A stretch of DNA of 38,356 bases. It comes from Actinomycetota bacterium (lineage in GTDB: Bacteria; Actinomycetota; CADDZG01; JAHWKV01; JAOPZY01). The notes under the pieces were generated by a model. The model was not told where the DNA came from and did no database searches. It saw nothing but the letters and a program-made list of their open reading frames with translations. The translations under genes and the position numbers were made by a program. The stretch covers positions 1 through 38,356 of the forward strand of contig JAOPZY010000213.1 of NCBI GenBank assembly GCA_025963875.1, read 5' to 3'. Shown here in pieces: positions 8,400-19,112 of this stretch. Numbering within the stretch: position 1 is the stretch's first letter; each line of letters starts with the position of its first letter.

Positions 8400-9562
8400 G
8401 CGCAAGGCTTGCCGCCAGCATCGCCAGCTGCCTCACCCTGAGTATGATTCCCTCAGCCTGGGCCAGCGGCAGTCAGGTGGCGTGTTCTCCTGGCATGGTA
8501 CAGGCTGAGGCCGCTCGGCCCGGCGACGCGGTTGTGTGTGTCAAGAGGGACGTCGTTGAGGCTGAGCTCCAGGTGAACGTCGGTTCCGCATTCGCTGGCA
8601 GGCCAGGCACCAATGTCCAGCCGGCCACCCCGGCCCGCTCCACCACAAGACCGGCCCCCGCCCCGGCCGCACCCGCGTGCACGTACCGCCAGCTCACTGC
8701 AGCGGAACTCGCCGCGCTGGAAGCGGCGGGGAACGTGCCTGTCTCCAACCCTTCTCCCTCCAGTGCCCCGAGGACGCCTGTTCACGTGCCGTCGCCCACT
8801 CCCGAGCCGATGCCAGGCTTCACGCCGGCACCAGCGGCCTGGGCAGCGCCGGTAGCCACCCGCGCCCCGGCCCCCGCAGCACCGGCACCGGCCCTGCCCA
8901 ACCTCGGGCACCCCGCCGACGAGGCACCCTTCTGGAAGATCTGCGGGGGCGTCACCACCGGCATCGTCTGGTTCAAGATCCCGACGCCGGCCCCCCCGCC
9001 GACGCCGATGCCCGGCCGCTCCGGCCATCCGGCCACCCCGGCGGTGGCGGCCCTCTACACAGTGGGGACCGGCGTCATCGCCCCAAAGATCAACATCGGG
9101 CTCAACCCCGCGCCCTTCGGCATCACGGGGCTGGAGTCGTACTTCTGGGTCGCTGGGTACGACGGATCGACGATCTACCGCTCCGTGCAGGCCACGGATC
9201 CCGCGACCGGCCTCCCGGCGACGGTCGAGCTGCGGGCAATCGCAAAGGAATACAGCTGGAGCTTCGGGGACGGGGCCGCGGTGACCACGACGAGCCTGGG
9301 GGCCGCGTACCCAGCTGCCTCGGACATCCGCCACACCTACGACGTCCGCAGCGACCGCAGCCCCATGGCGACGAACGGGTTGTACCAGGTGCAGGTCACG
9401 GCATCCTTCGATGTCGCCTACCAGGTGAGCGTCCCAGGCGCCGGACTCTCCCCCACCGGCTGGGTCGACTTCGGGGACTTCGGACTCGCGCCGATAAGCT
9501 CGGGTACGGGACAGGGCTACCGGGTGATCGAAGTCGTCAGCAGGCTTGCCGGCGGGCCATGA
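8396..9562 (+). CDS. Secreted Pro-rich protein with C-terminal PKD/Ig-like domain
   Basis: Signal peptide, Pro/Ala linker, 'GITGLESYFW', 'YSWSFGDG', 'HTY', 'Y.V.VTASF'; ATGA overlap with the upstream gene. Confidence 0.75.
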   Translation: MSARLAASIASCLTLSMIPSAWASGSQVACSPGMVQAEAARPGDAVVCVKRDVVEAELQVNVGSAFAGRPGTNVQPATPARSTTRPAPAPAAPACTYRQLTAAELAALEAAGNVPVSNPSPSSAPRTPVHVPSPTPEPMPGFTPAPAAWAAPVATRAPAPAAPAPALPNLGHPADEAPFWKICGGVTTGIVWFKIPTPAPPPTPMPGRSGHPATPAVAALYTVGTGVIAPKINIGLNPAPFGITGLESYFWVAGYDGSTIYRSVQATDPATGLPATVELRAIAKEYSWSFGDGAAVTTTSLGAAYPAASDIRHTYDVRSDRSPMATNGLYQVQVTASFDVAYQVSVPGAGLSPTGWVDFGDFGLAPISSGTGQGYRVIEVVSRLAGGP

Positions 9563-9564
9563 GC

Positions 9565-9612
9565 CTCCTTAGGAGTCTTTCGCGCGCCGGCGCGCGAAAG
9601 GCGACTAACCTC
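9565..9612. repeat. 48-bp palindromic repeat, copy 2 (contains the purM stop; left end altered)
   Basis: CTCCTTAGGAGTCTTTCGCGCGCCGGCGCGCGAAAGGCGACTAACCTC. Confidence 0.8.
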
Positions 9613-10642
9613 GCTCGCCGCCCCTTATCTGGACGCCCTGGCCGGCCACGATCCGGCCGATCTCGAACGCCCGGTGGCCCTCCCGCTCCAGGAGTGCCAG
9701 GGTGGCGGCGACGTCGCCCGGGGCCACCACCGCGATCATGCCGATGCCCATGTTGAAGGTCCGGTCCATCTCGGCCCCGTCCACGGGACCCTCGCGAGCG
9801 ATCAGGTCGAAAATGGGCGGGCGGGGCCAGGCCCGGGCATCGATCTCGGCCCCAAGACCCTCGGGCAGGATCCGGCCGAGGTTCTCGGGGATGCCGCCTC
9901 CGGTGACGTGCGAGAGCCCTTTCACCCCCACCTCGTCGAGCAGGGCCAGGACCGCCGGAGAGTAGATGGCGGTGGGCCGCAGCAGTTCCTCGCCCAGGGT
10001 TCCCTCGAGTCCGGCCGGCCGGGACGAGAGCGCCTCGCCGCCGCGCAGCAGCACCCGTCGGGCGAGGGAATAGCCGTTGGCGTGCAGCCCGGACGAGGCC
10101 ATCCCGATGACTGAATCCCCGGCAGCGATCGAGGCTCCGGTCACCACCTCGTCCCGCTCCACCACGCCGACACAGAAGCCGGCCAGGTCGTAGGAGCCGG
10201 CGGTCAGGTGGCCGGGATGCTCGGCCATCTCGCCGCCGATCAGGGCACAACCGGCCATCCGGCAACCGGCGGCGATGCCGGCCACGATGTCGTCCACGAG
10301 GCTCGGCACCAACCGCTCGATCAGCAGGTAGTCGAGGAAGAACAGCGGCTCGGCCCCCTGGGCAACGACATCGTCCGCCGACATCGCTACCAGGTCGATC
10401 CCGATCGTGTCGTGGCGGCCGAGGCCCTGGGCGACGAGCAGCTTCGTCCCGACGCCGTCCGTGCTGGAGACGAGGAGGGGCTGGCGGTACTTCGCGGGGT
10501 CGAAGGCGAACAGACCCCCGAAGCCGCCCAGGCCTCCGACGACCTCGGGGCGAGCCGTCGACGCGACACTGCGCCGGATGAGGTCGACGGCCCGGCGGCC
10601 GGCCTCGACGTCGACCCCGGCTCCGGCGTACGTCTCAGACAT
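9605..10642 (-). CDS. purM: Phosphoribosylformylglycinamidine cyclo-ligase
   Basis: YAGAGVDV, GGFGGLF, STDGVGTK, GGEMAEHPG, SSGLHANGYSL, HVTGGG, TFNMGIG. Confidence 0.97.
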   Translation of the reverse strand: MSETYAGAGVDVEAGRRAVDLIRRSVASTARPEVVGGLGGFGGLFAFDPAKYRQPLLVSSTDGVGTKLLVAQGLGRHDTIGIDLVAMSADDVVAQGAEPLFFLDYLLIERLVPSLVDDIVAGIAAGCRMAGCALIGGEMAEHPGHLTAGSYDLAGFCVGVVERDEVVTGASIAAGDSVIGMASSGLHANGYSLARRVLLRGGEALSSRPAGLEGTLGEELLRPTAIYSPAVLALLDEVGVKGLSHVTGGGIPENLGRILPEGLGAEIDARAWPRPPIFDLIAREGPVDGAEMDRTFNMGIGMIAVVAPGDVAATLALLEREGHRAFEIGRIVAGQGVQIRGGERG

Positions 10643-10650
10643 GGCCCCCG

Positions 10651-10698
10651 GAGGTTAGGAGCCGAGCGCGCGCATCTGCGCGAAAGACGACTAACCTC
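10651..10698. repeat. 48-bp palindromic repeat, copy 3 (fills most of the purF-purM spacer, contains the purF stop)
   Basis: GAGGTTAGGAGCCGAGCGCGCGCATCTGCGCGAAAGACGACTAACCTC. Confidence 0.8.
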
Positions 10699-12136
10699 GC
10701 CCGGCTGGCCCGCCGACGACGGGGGGCTGCTCCAGCATGTGCTTGGTGACCGCCACGTGCTCGGGCACCGGGATCGGGTACTCCGAGGAGAAGCACGCCG
10801 TGCAGAACTTCTCGCCCGGGACGTCCGTGGCCGCGACCATGCCCTCGAGGGACAGGTAGTGCAGGGAGTCGGCCTCGAGCTTGGCGCAGATCTCGTCGAC
10901 CGACATCCAGGCCCCGATCAGCTCGTCGCGGTTGGCGGTGTCGATGCCGTAGAAGCACGGCCACTTGATCGGCGGCGACGAGATGCGCAGGTGGACCTCC
11001 CGGGCCCCCGCGTCCCGCAGCATCCGGACGATCTGGGCGGTGGTGTTACCCCGCACGATCGAGTCGTCGACGACGATGAGGCGGCGGCCCTCGATGACCT
11101 CCTGCAGCGGGTTGAGTTTGGCCCGGATGCCCTGCTGGCGGATGAGCTGCGTGGGCTGGATGAAGGTCCGGCCCACGTAGCGGTTCTTCACCAGCCCCTC
11201 GCCGTAGGGGATCCCGGACGCCGCCGCGTACCCGGCAGCCGCCGCGGATGCGGTCTCGGGCACGCCCATCACCAGGTCCCCCTCGACGGGCGACTCCAGG
11301 GCGAGGCGCTGGCCCATCTGGTAGCGGGCCTTGTAGACGCTCTTGCCGAACAGCTTGGAGTCGGGCCGGGCGAAGTAGACAAACTCGAAGATGCACAGCG
11401 CTGGCGTGGCAGGGGCGAACCTGCGGGTCCGCAGGCCGCGCTCGTCGATGATGACCAGCTCGCCAGGCTCGACCTCCCGGATGAACGTCGCTCCGATGAT
11501 GTCGAGGGCGCAGGTCTCCGAGGCGAGGGCGTAGCCCTCCTTCAAGCGACCGAGCACCAGCGGCCGCAGCCCGTGGGGGTCCCGCGCCCCGAAGAGGGTG
11601 ACGGTGTCCATCAGGACCAGGGAGAAGGCCCCCGTGAGCTTCGGCAGGACCTCCATGATCGCCTCCTCGGCGTTCTCCTTCCCGCTGTCGGCGATCAGCG
11701 AGGCGATGACATCGGTGTCCGAGGTGGCGTCGGGGCCGAAGGAATCAGAAGGCTCGCCCGCCAGCTCGGACAGCTCGCGGGTGTTGATCAGGTTGCCGTT
11801 GTGGCCGAGGGCGATCTCGAGGTTGCCGGCAGTCTTGTAGGTGGGCTGGGCGTTCTCCCAGAGGCTGGACCCGGTGGTCGAGTAGCGGACGTGGCCGATG
11901 GCGATGTGACCGGGGAGCGAGGAGAGCTTCTGCTGGTCGAAGACCTGGGAAACAAGGCCCATGTCCTTATAGACGACAATCGTGGCGCCCTCGGAGACCG
12001 CGATGCCCGCCGACTCCTGGCCGCGGTGCTGGAGGGCGAAGAGACCGTAGTAGGCGAGATTGGAAGCTTCGACCCCAGGTGCGTGGATACCGACGACCCC
12101 GCAGGCCTCCTTCGGGCTGTCTACGTGTTCCGGCAT
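10691..12136 (-). CDS. purF: Amidophosphoribosyltransferase
   Basis: Propeptide then CGVVG, LQHRGQES, GHVRYSTTG, CIFEFVYFARPDS, VVDDSIVRGNTT, CFYGID, CTACF. Confidence 0.97.
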   Translation of the reverse strand: MPEHVDSPKEACGVVGIHAPGVEASNLAYYGLFALQHRGQESAGIAVSEGATIVVYKDMGLVSQVFDQQKLSSLPGHIAIGHVRYSTTGSSLWENAQPTYKTAGNLEIALGHNGNLINTRELSELAGEPSDSFGPDATSDTDVIASLIADSGKENAEEAIMEVLPKLTGAFSLVLMDTVTLFGARDPHGLRPLVLGRLKEGYALASETCALDIIGATFIREVEPGELVIIDERGLRTRRFAPATPALCIFEFVYFARPDSKLFGKSVYKARYQMGQRLALESPVEGDLVMGVPETASAAAAGYAAASGIPYGEGLVKNRYVGRTFIQPTQLIRQQGIRAKLNPLQEVIEGRRLIVVDDSIVRGNTTAQIVRMLRDAGAREVHLRISSPPIKWPCFYGIDTANRDELIGAWMSVDEICAKLEADSLHYLSLEGMVAATDVPGEKFCTACFSSEYPIPVPEHVAVTKHMLEQPPVVGGPAGRG

Positions 12137-12177
12137 GGGCCCAGGTTACCCGACCGAAGCCCCCGTGACCATGATTG

Positions 12178-14393
<2,216 letters not shown>

Positions 14394-14397
<4 letters not shown>

Positions 14398-15122
14398 CGC
14401 ACCCCGGCCCGGAGGCTCCACAACGAGGTCAGCATCGAGTCGAGGACGACCCTGCCGTCCGTCCCTCCGACCGCAGGGTCCACCGCCCGCTCGGGGTGGG
14501 GCATCATCCCGAGCACGTTGCGGCCGGCCGAGAGCACGCCGGCGATGTCGCTCACCGAGCCGTTGGGGTTGTCGGCGTAGCGGAAGGCGATACGGTCCTC
14601 GGCATCCAGCTGGTCCAGCAGTGCCGGTGAGCAGTGGTAGTTGCCCTGGAAGTGGTTGATGGGGATCTCGAGGGCCTGACCCGCCACCGCGGCGGAGGTG
14701 AACGGGCTGTCCGTGGTTTCGACGCGGACGGTGACGGGCCGGCAGATGAACTTGAGGCCGGCGTTCCAGCGGAGGGCACCGGGAAGCAGCCCCGCCTCGC
14801 AGAGGATCTGGAAGCCGTTGCAGATACCGATGACCAGGCCCCCGGCAGCGGCGAAGCGTCGGACCGCCTCCATCACGGGAGAGAAGGCGGCGATGGCCCC
14901 CGTCCGCAGGTAGTCGCCGTACGAGAATCCGCCCGGGAGCACCACGACGTCGAAGCCTCCCAGATCGGTGGCGTGGTGCCAGACGTACTCGGCACGGACC
15001 CCGAGGCACGCGAATGCCTGGAGGACGTCCTGCTCGCAGTTGGAGCCCGGGAAGACGACGATCGCCACCCTCGGCGCCCTCGGGGCGTTCCTCGGCGTCC
15101 AGGAGGAGGAACCGCCGGTCAC
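14394..15122 (-). CDS. purQ: FGAM synthase glutaminase subunit PurQ
   Basis: FPGSNCE, PGGFSYGDYLR, GICNGFQ, GMMPHPER; GTG start overlaps the purS stop. Confidence 0.96.
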
Positions 15123-15394
15123 GCCGGACCGCCCGCCCGCTCCAGGACGTGGACCTGGAACTCTTCGATCACCGGGTTGGCGAGGAACCGGACGCAGGCC
15201 GCCCGGACGATGGCCTCGGCAGTCTCGGCGTCGGGGGCCTCCACGGCGAGCTCGATGCGTTTGCCAACCCGGACGTCGTGGACGTCGGCGAACCCGAGGG
15301 AGGGGAGGGCACGCTCGATCGTCTGGCCCTGGGGGTCGGAGATGCCGTCCTTGGGCATGACATCCACGGCAACCGCAAAGCGAACCAGCTCCAA
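15119..15394 (-). CDS. purS: FGAM synthase subunit PurS
   Basis: VMPKDGISDPQG, VRVGKRIEL, LANPVIE; AAAGGAGG RBS before a TTG start. Confidence 0.93.
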   Translation of the reverse strand: MELVRFAVAVDVMPKDGISDPQGQTIERALPSLGFADVHDVRVGKRIELAVEAPDAETAEAIVRAACVRFLANPVIEEFQVHVLERAGGPA

Positions 15395-15659
15395 GGCTCC
15401 CCTCCTTTGGACCTGCCGGCTGAACCTGCCGACCCCATGCCCGCCCCCGCCCAATGACCGGACCCCTAGGGGCAAAGTGTGGGCAAAGTGCCGACATGGG
15501 GGGTTCTACCATACGGATCTGGCCTGCGAGGGCCATGCCGAGGCCAGGGCGGCGCCTAACCGGATAAAGTTGATTGAAGCCACTTCTGGACACTGGTCCT
15601 TGATGGCCACCCGCACTTGCCCATACCCAGGGTACCCGTCAGCAGGGAGGATCGAAGAC

Positions 15660-17219
15660 ATGGCGAACACGGCGACCAAGGCACCTGCGGTGGAGGACAT
15701 CATGAGCCGGCCGGTGGTCACGGCCAACCCCACCAACTCCGTCGCCACCTGCGCAGGTCTCATGAACGACGCGCATGTCGGATCCGTGGTGGTCCTCGAC
15801 GACGGCAGGGTGGTCGGCATCCTCACGGAGCGCGACCTGGTACGGCTCGCCGCCACCCGGTACGGCTCGGACTGGACCCGGTCCCCCGTCAAGGAATGGA
15901 TGCACGAAGAGGTCGACACGATCGGCCCGGAGACCGCGATCTCCGATGCCTTCCGCACCATCAGCGAGCGCGGCTACCGGCATCTGCCCGTGGTGTCGAA
16001 CGGAGCCCTCGTCGGCATCGTCACGATGCGGGACCTCATGCGGCAGGCCCGCATCCAGCCCGCCGACCGGTATGCCGGCGAGGTGCCGAAGGGCCTGGAG
16101 GGCTTGGCCGTGGCCGAGACGGAGATCGGCGACGTCCGCGGCCAGCAGGGCTTCTTCCACTACCGCCAGTACAGCGGTGTCGACCTGGCCGAGAAGCGCA
16201 GCTTCGAGGACGTCTGGCACCTGATGTTCGAGGGAGAGCTCCCGACGGCGGCGCAGGCAAAGGCTTTCCGCGAGGAGACCGTGCCCCTCAGGGGGATCCC
16301 GGCCGCCGTGAAGCCCCTGTTGCCGGGCATCGCCACGCTGGGCAAGAACTTCGTGCCGCTGCAGGCTGCGAAGGCCGCCTACAGCCTGGTGTGCAACGAG
16401 CTGGGCTTCAAGACCTGGCTGGAGATCGAGCGCTCGGAGCTGCGGGACCAGGCGCTGCGGACCGTGGCGATCTTCCCGACGCTCGTGACCGCCCTCTACC
16501 GGCTGAACCAGGCCCTGGAACCCGTCGAGCCGAACCTCGAGCTGAGCCACGCCGCCAACTACCTCTACATGCTGACGGGCGAGGTGCCGTCCCCCGAGCG
16601 GGCCCGGGCCGTCGAGCAGTACCTGATGCTCACCATCGACCACGGGCTCAACGCCTCGACGTTCTCGGCCCGGGTCATCACCTCGACCGGCGCCGACCTG
16701 GGCTCAGCGATCGCGGGGGCGCTCGGCGCCCTCTCGGGCCCGCTGCACGGCGGCGCCCCGAGCCTGGCCCTCAAGATGCTCGCGGAGATCGGCACCCGGG
16801 AGAATGCCGACCCGTGGCTCCGGGAGCGGGTGCTGGCAGGCCAGCGCCTGATGGGGTTCGGGCACCGGGTCTACAAGACGGACGACCCACGCTCGACCAT
16901 GCTGCGGGGCGTCGCCGAACGCCTCGACGGGGAGCGGGTCGAGTTCGCCAAGTTCATCGAGAAGCGGGCGGTCGAGATCCTGGAGGAACTGAAGCCGGGC
17001 CGGGCGCTCTACCCCAACGTGGAGTTCTACGCAGGCATCGTCATGAACATGATCGGCATGCCCGACACCTTGTTCACTCCGACGTTTGCCTGCAGCCGGA
17101 TGGTCGGCTGGACCGCCCACATCCTCGAACAGGCCGCCGACAACCGTCTCATCCGACCCAGCGGCCACTACATCGGACCGGAGCCGCCCGCCCCGGTGCC
17201 CGACGCCGAGGCCTCCTGA
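15660..17219 (+). CDS. CBS-pair domain fused to a CitA-type citrate synthase
   Basis: N-terminal CBS pair (IMSRPVVT, VVGILTERD, RHLPVV..LVGIVT.RDL), then PKGLEG, DHG.NAST, GPLHGGA, GFGHRVYKT.DPR, YPNVEFY; GGGAGG RBS. Confidence 0.9.
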   Translation: MANTATKAPAVEDIMSRPVVTANPTNSVATCAGLMNDAHVGSVVVLDDGRVVGILTERDLVRLAATRYGSDWTRSPVKEWMHEEVDTIGPETAISDAFRTISERGYRHLPVVSNGALVGIVTMRDLMRQARIQPADRYAGEVPKGLEGLAVAETEIGDVRGQQGFFHYRQYSGVDLAEKRSFEDVWHLMFEGELPTAAQAKAFREETVPLRGIPAAVKPLLPGIATLGKNFVPLQAAKAAYSLVCNELGFKTWLEIERSELRDQALRTVAIFPTLVTALYRLNQALEPVEPNLELSHAANYLYMLTGEVPSPERARAVEQYLMLTIDHGLNASTFSARVITSTGADLGSAIAGALGALSGPLHGGAPSLALKMLAEIGTRENADPWLRERVLAGQRLMGFGHRVYKTDDPRSTMLRGVAERLDGERVEFAKFIEKRAVEILEELKPGRALYPNVEFYAGIVMNMIGMPDTLFTPTFACSRMVGWTAHILEQAADNRLIRPSGHYIGPEPPAPVPDAEAS

Positions 17220-17245
17220 TCGGGGCTGAGGCCCGGGGCCCCTCG

Positions 17246-17276
17246 AAGAAACGCAAAACGCGCCCCTGAGGGCGCG
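17246..17276 (-). terminator. Intrinsic terminator for the minus-strand small gene
   Basis: Minus strand reads CGCGCCC-TCAG-GGGCGCG followed by TTTTGCGTTTCTT. Confidence 0.6.
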
Positions 17277-17296
17277 CTCTGCAAAGGCGGTCGTAC

Positions 17297-17479
17297 CTAC
17301 CCGGTCTCCGACTCTCCCGCCTGGTTCGGGGTCTGGGCGGTGGGGTCTGCAGCCGGGTGGTGAGGGATGTCCGACTGGTCTGGCGTCTGCACCTTCGGGA
17401 AGTCGGTGCTCACGCCCTCGGTGTTGACGAGAGCCTCTTCGTTCGCCTGCGGGTCCAGTTGCTCCTGTTCGGTGGCCAT
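17297..17479 (-). CDS. Small acidic, probably disordered protein (60 aa)
   Basis: GGAGGT RBS before the ATG, downstream terminator, rich in E/D/Q/P/T. Confidence 0.65.
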   Translation of the reverse strand: MATEQEQLDPQANEEALVNTEGVSTDFPKVQTPDQSDIPHHPAADPTAQTPNQAGESETG

Positions 17480-17586
17480 AGGGCACCTCCCTTGGGCACG
17501 CTCGGTGTCATCGGTCCTGCGTGTGCCCGTACTGTTTTTGTACCCTGACCACCGCAGAACATTCCTGGCGGGTTTCCGCCCGATTG

Positions 17587-18006
17587 CTACGCGGTTTCCA
17601 CGGCGGCCCTGATCAGGTCCCGCTCCGACTTGAACGACGCTCTGCCCAGCGCCTCGCTCGGGTCGAGAACGGCGACCTCCTCCGTCTCGAAATCGTGGGC
17701 GGTCGGATCGCCCCCGGTGGCCCGCATCAGGAAGTAGTGGACGAACTTGTGCACCCGGGCGGATCGGATCTTGTCGACGTACCAGTAGTCAATCGTCGGC
17801 AGCGGCGAGACGATCTCGACCTCGAGCCCCGTCTCCTCCATGGCCTCCCTGCGGGCTGCATCCGGGACCGCCTCCCCCGGCTCCACCAGGCCTTTGGGGA
17901 GGCCCCAGTGCAGGTCGCCGCCGAACGTGCGCCGGGCAGTGAGCACGACGCGCCCGTCCTCGTCGAGGATCACGCCACCGGCCGAGACGACGGTCTCCGT
18001 CTGCAT
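17587..18006 (-). CDS. NUDIX hydrolase (MutT4-like)
   Basis: Nudix box GLVEPGEAVPDAARREAMEETGL; 'SAGG', 'IDYW', 'HKFVHYFLM'. Confidence 0.92.
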   Translation of the reverse strand: MQTETVVSAGGVILDEDGRVVLTARRTFGGDLHWGLPKGLVEPGEAVPDAARREAMEETGLEVEIVSPLPTIDYWYVDKIRSARVHKFVHYFLMRATGGDPTAHDFETEEVAVLDPSEALGRASFKSERDLIRAAVETA

Positions 18007-18065
18007 TCAGGGCAGAATATGCCGTGCGCCGACATAATTCGGCACCGATTTGTGGGAAGGAACCG

Positions 18066-19082
18066 TTGCAGCCGATCATCTACGCCGACCCGACGTCCGA
18101 GGCCCACGACGGGGGTCCCGACCACCCGGAACGCCCGGAGCGGCTCACCGCGTGCCTCGACGCTCTCGCGCGAGCCGGCCTGGCCCCGGTCACCGACGTG
18201 CCCTGCGCGACGGACGAGCAGCTCGCCCGCGTCCATACGGTGGCCTTCCTGCAGCGGCTGGAATACTTCTGCAGCCGCGGCGGGGGCCAGATCGACCCGG
18301 ACACCTACGCCCGCCGGGAGTCCTTCGAGATCGCCCGCCGGGCGTCGGGGGCCGCCTGCAAGGCTGCCGACGATGCGTTCGCCGCCGGGCAGTCCGCGGT
18401 CTGCCTCGTGCGCCCGCCCGGCCACCACGCCACCCGTGCCCGGGCGATGGGGTTCTGCCTGCTGAACCACGTGGCGGTCGGGGCTGCCCATGCTGCGACG
18501 CTGGCGCCGAGCGGCAGGGTGGCCGTCGTCGACTTCGACGTCCACCACGGCAACGGCACGCAGGACATCTTCTGGGAGGACCCCTCGGTGCTGTACGTCT
18601 CGCTGCACCAGTTCCCCTGGTATCCGGGCACGGGCGCCCTGGAGGAGGTCGGCGAAGGAGAGGGCAAGGGGACCACGGTGAACATCCCGCTGCCTGCCGG
18701 CACCGGCGACGGCGTCTACGCGCAGGCCATGGAGCGCATCGTCGTCCCCTCCCTCGCAGACTTCCGCCCCGACCTGATCTGGGTCTCGGCCGGCTACGAC
18801 GCCCACACCCGGGACCCCCTGGCGATGATGCAGATGAGCACGGAAGGCTTCGGCGTGCTGACGTCGCTGCTCGTCGAGGCCGCGTCGGAACTCTGCGAAG
18901 GCCGCCTCCTCGTCACCCTCGAGGGAGGGTACGATCTGGAGGCGCTGGCGGCATCGCTGCTCGCCACGCTGGGTGCGATGGGGGGCCTTGCCGGGTCGCA
19001 CGACCGGGGGGCACCACCCCCGGATCCCCCCGCCGCGGTGGCGGCCCTCGAGCGGGCCATCGCGTTCCACCGCCACGCCTGA
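18066..19082 (+). CDS. Histone deacetylase family (AcuC/AphA-like) Zn amidohydrolase
   Basis: HPERPERL, RPPGHHA, GFC, DFDVHHGNGTQ, SAGYDAH, LEGGY; TTG start inferred. Confidence 0.93.
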   Translation: MQPIIYADPTSEAHDGGPDHPERPERLTACLDALARAGLAPVTDVPCATDEQLARVHTVAFLQRLEYFCSRGGGQIDPDTYARRESFEIARRASGAACKAADDAFAAGQSAVCLVRPPGHHATRARAMGFCLLNHVAVGAAHAATLAPSGRVAVVDFDVHHGNGTQDIFWEDPSVLYVSLHQFPWYPGTGALEEVGEGEGKGTTVNIPLPAGTGDGVYAQAMERIVVPSLADFRPDLIWVSAGYDAHTRDPLAMMQMSTEGFGVLTSLLVEAASELCEGRLLVTLEGGYDLEALAASLLATLGAMGGLAGSHDRGAPPPDPPAAVAALERAIAFHRHA

Positions 19083-19112
19083 ACGTCCCGAGCGAACAGA
19101 AAGCCGAGCACC

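Noticed and set aside
15395..15600. Purine-related riboswitch (ZTP, PRPP, guanine) upstream of purS
   Set aside because: Could not find the conserved cores by eye; an Rfam scan would settle it.
17010..17030. Catalytic Asp to Glu change (PNVEFY) as inactivation of citrate synthase
   Set aside because: Glu at this position occurs in actinobacterial CitA-type enzymes, and the other motifs are intact.
17297..17479. 60-aa acidic protein as Pup
   Set aside because: No C-terminal GGE/GGQ and no proteasome or pafA genes nearby.
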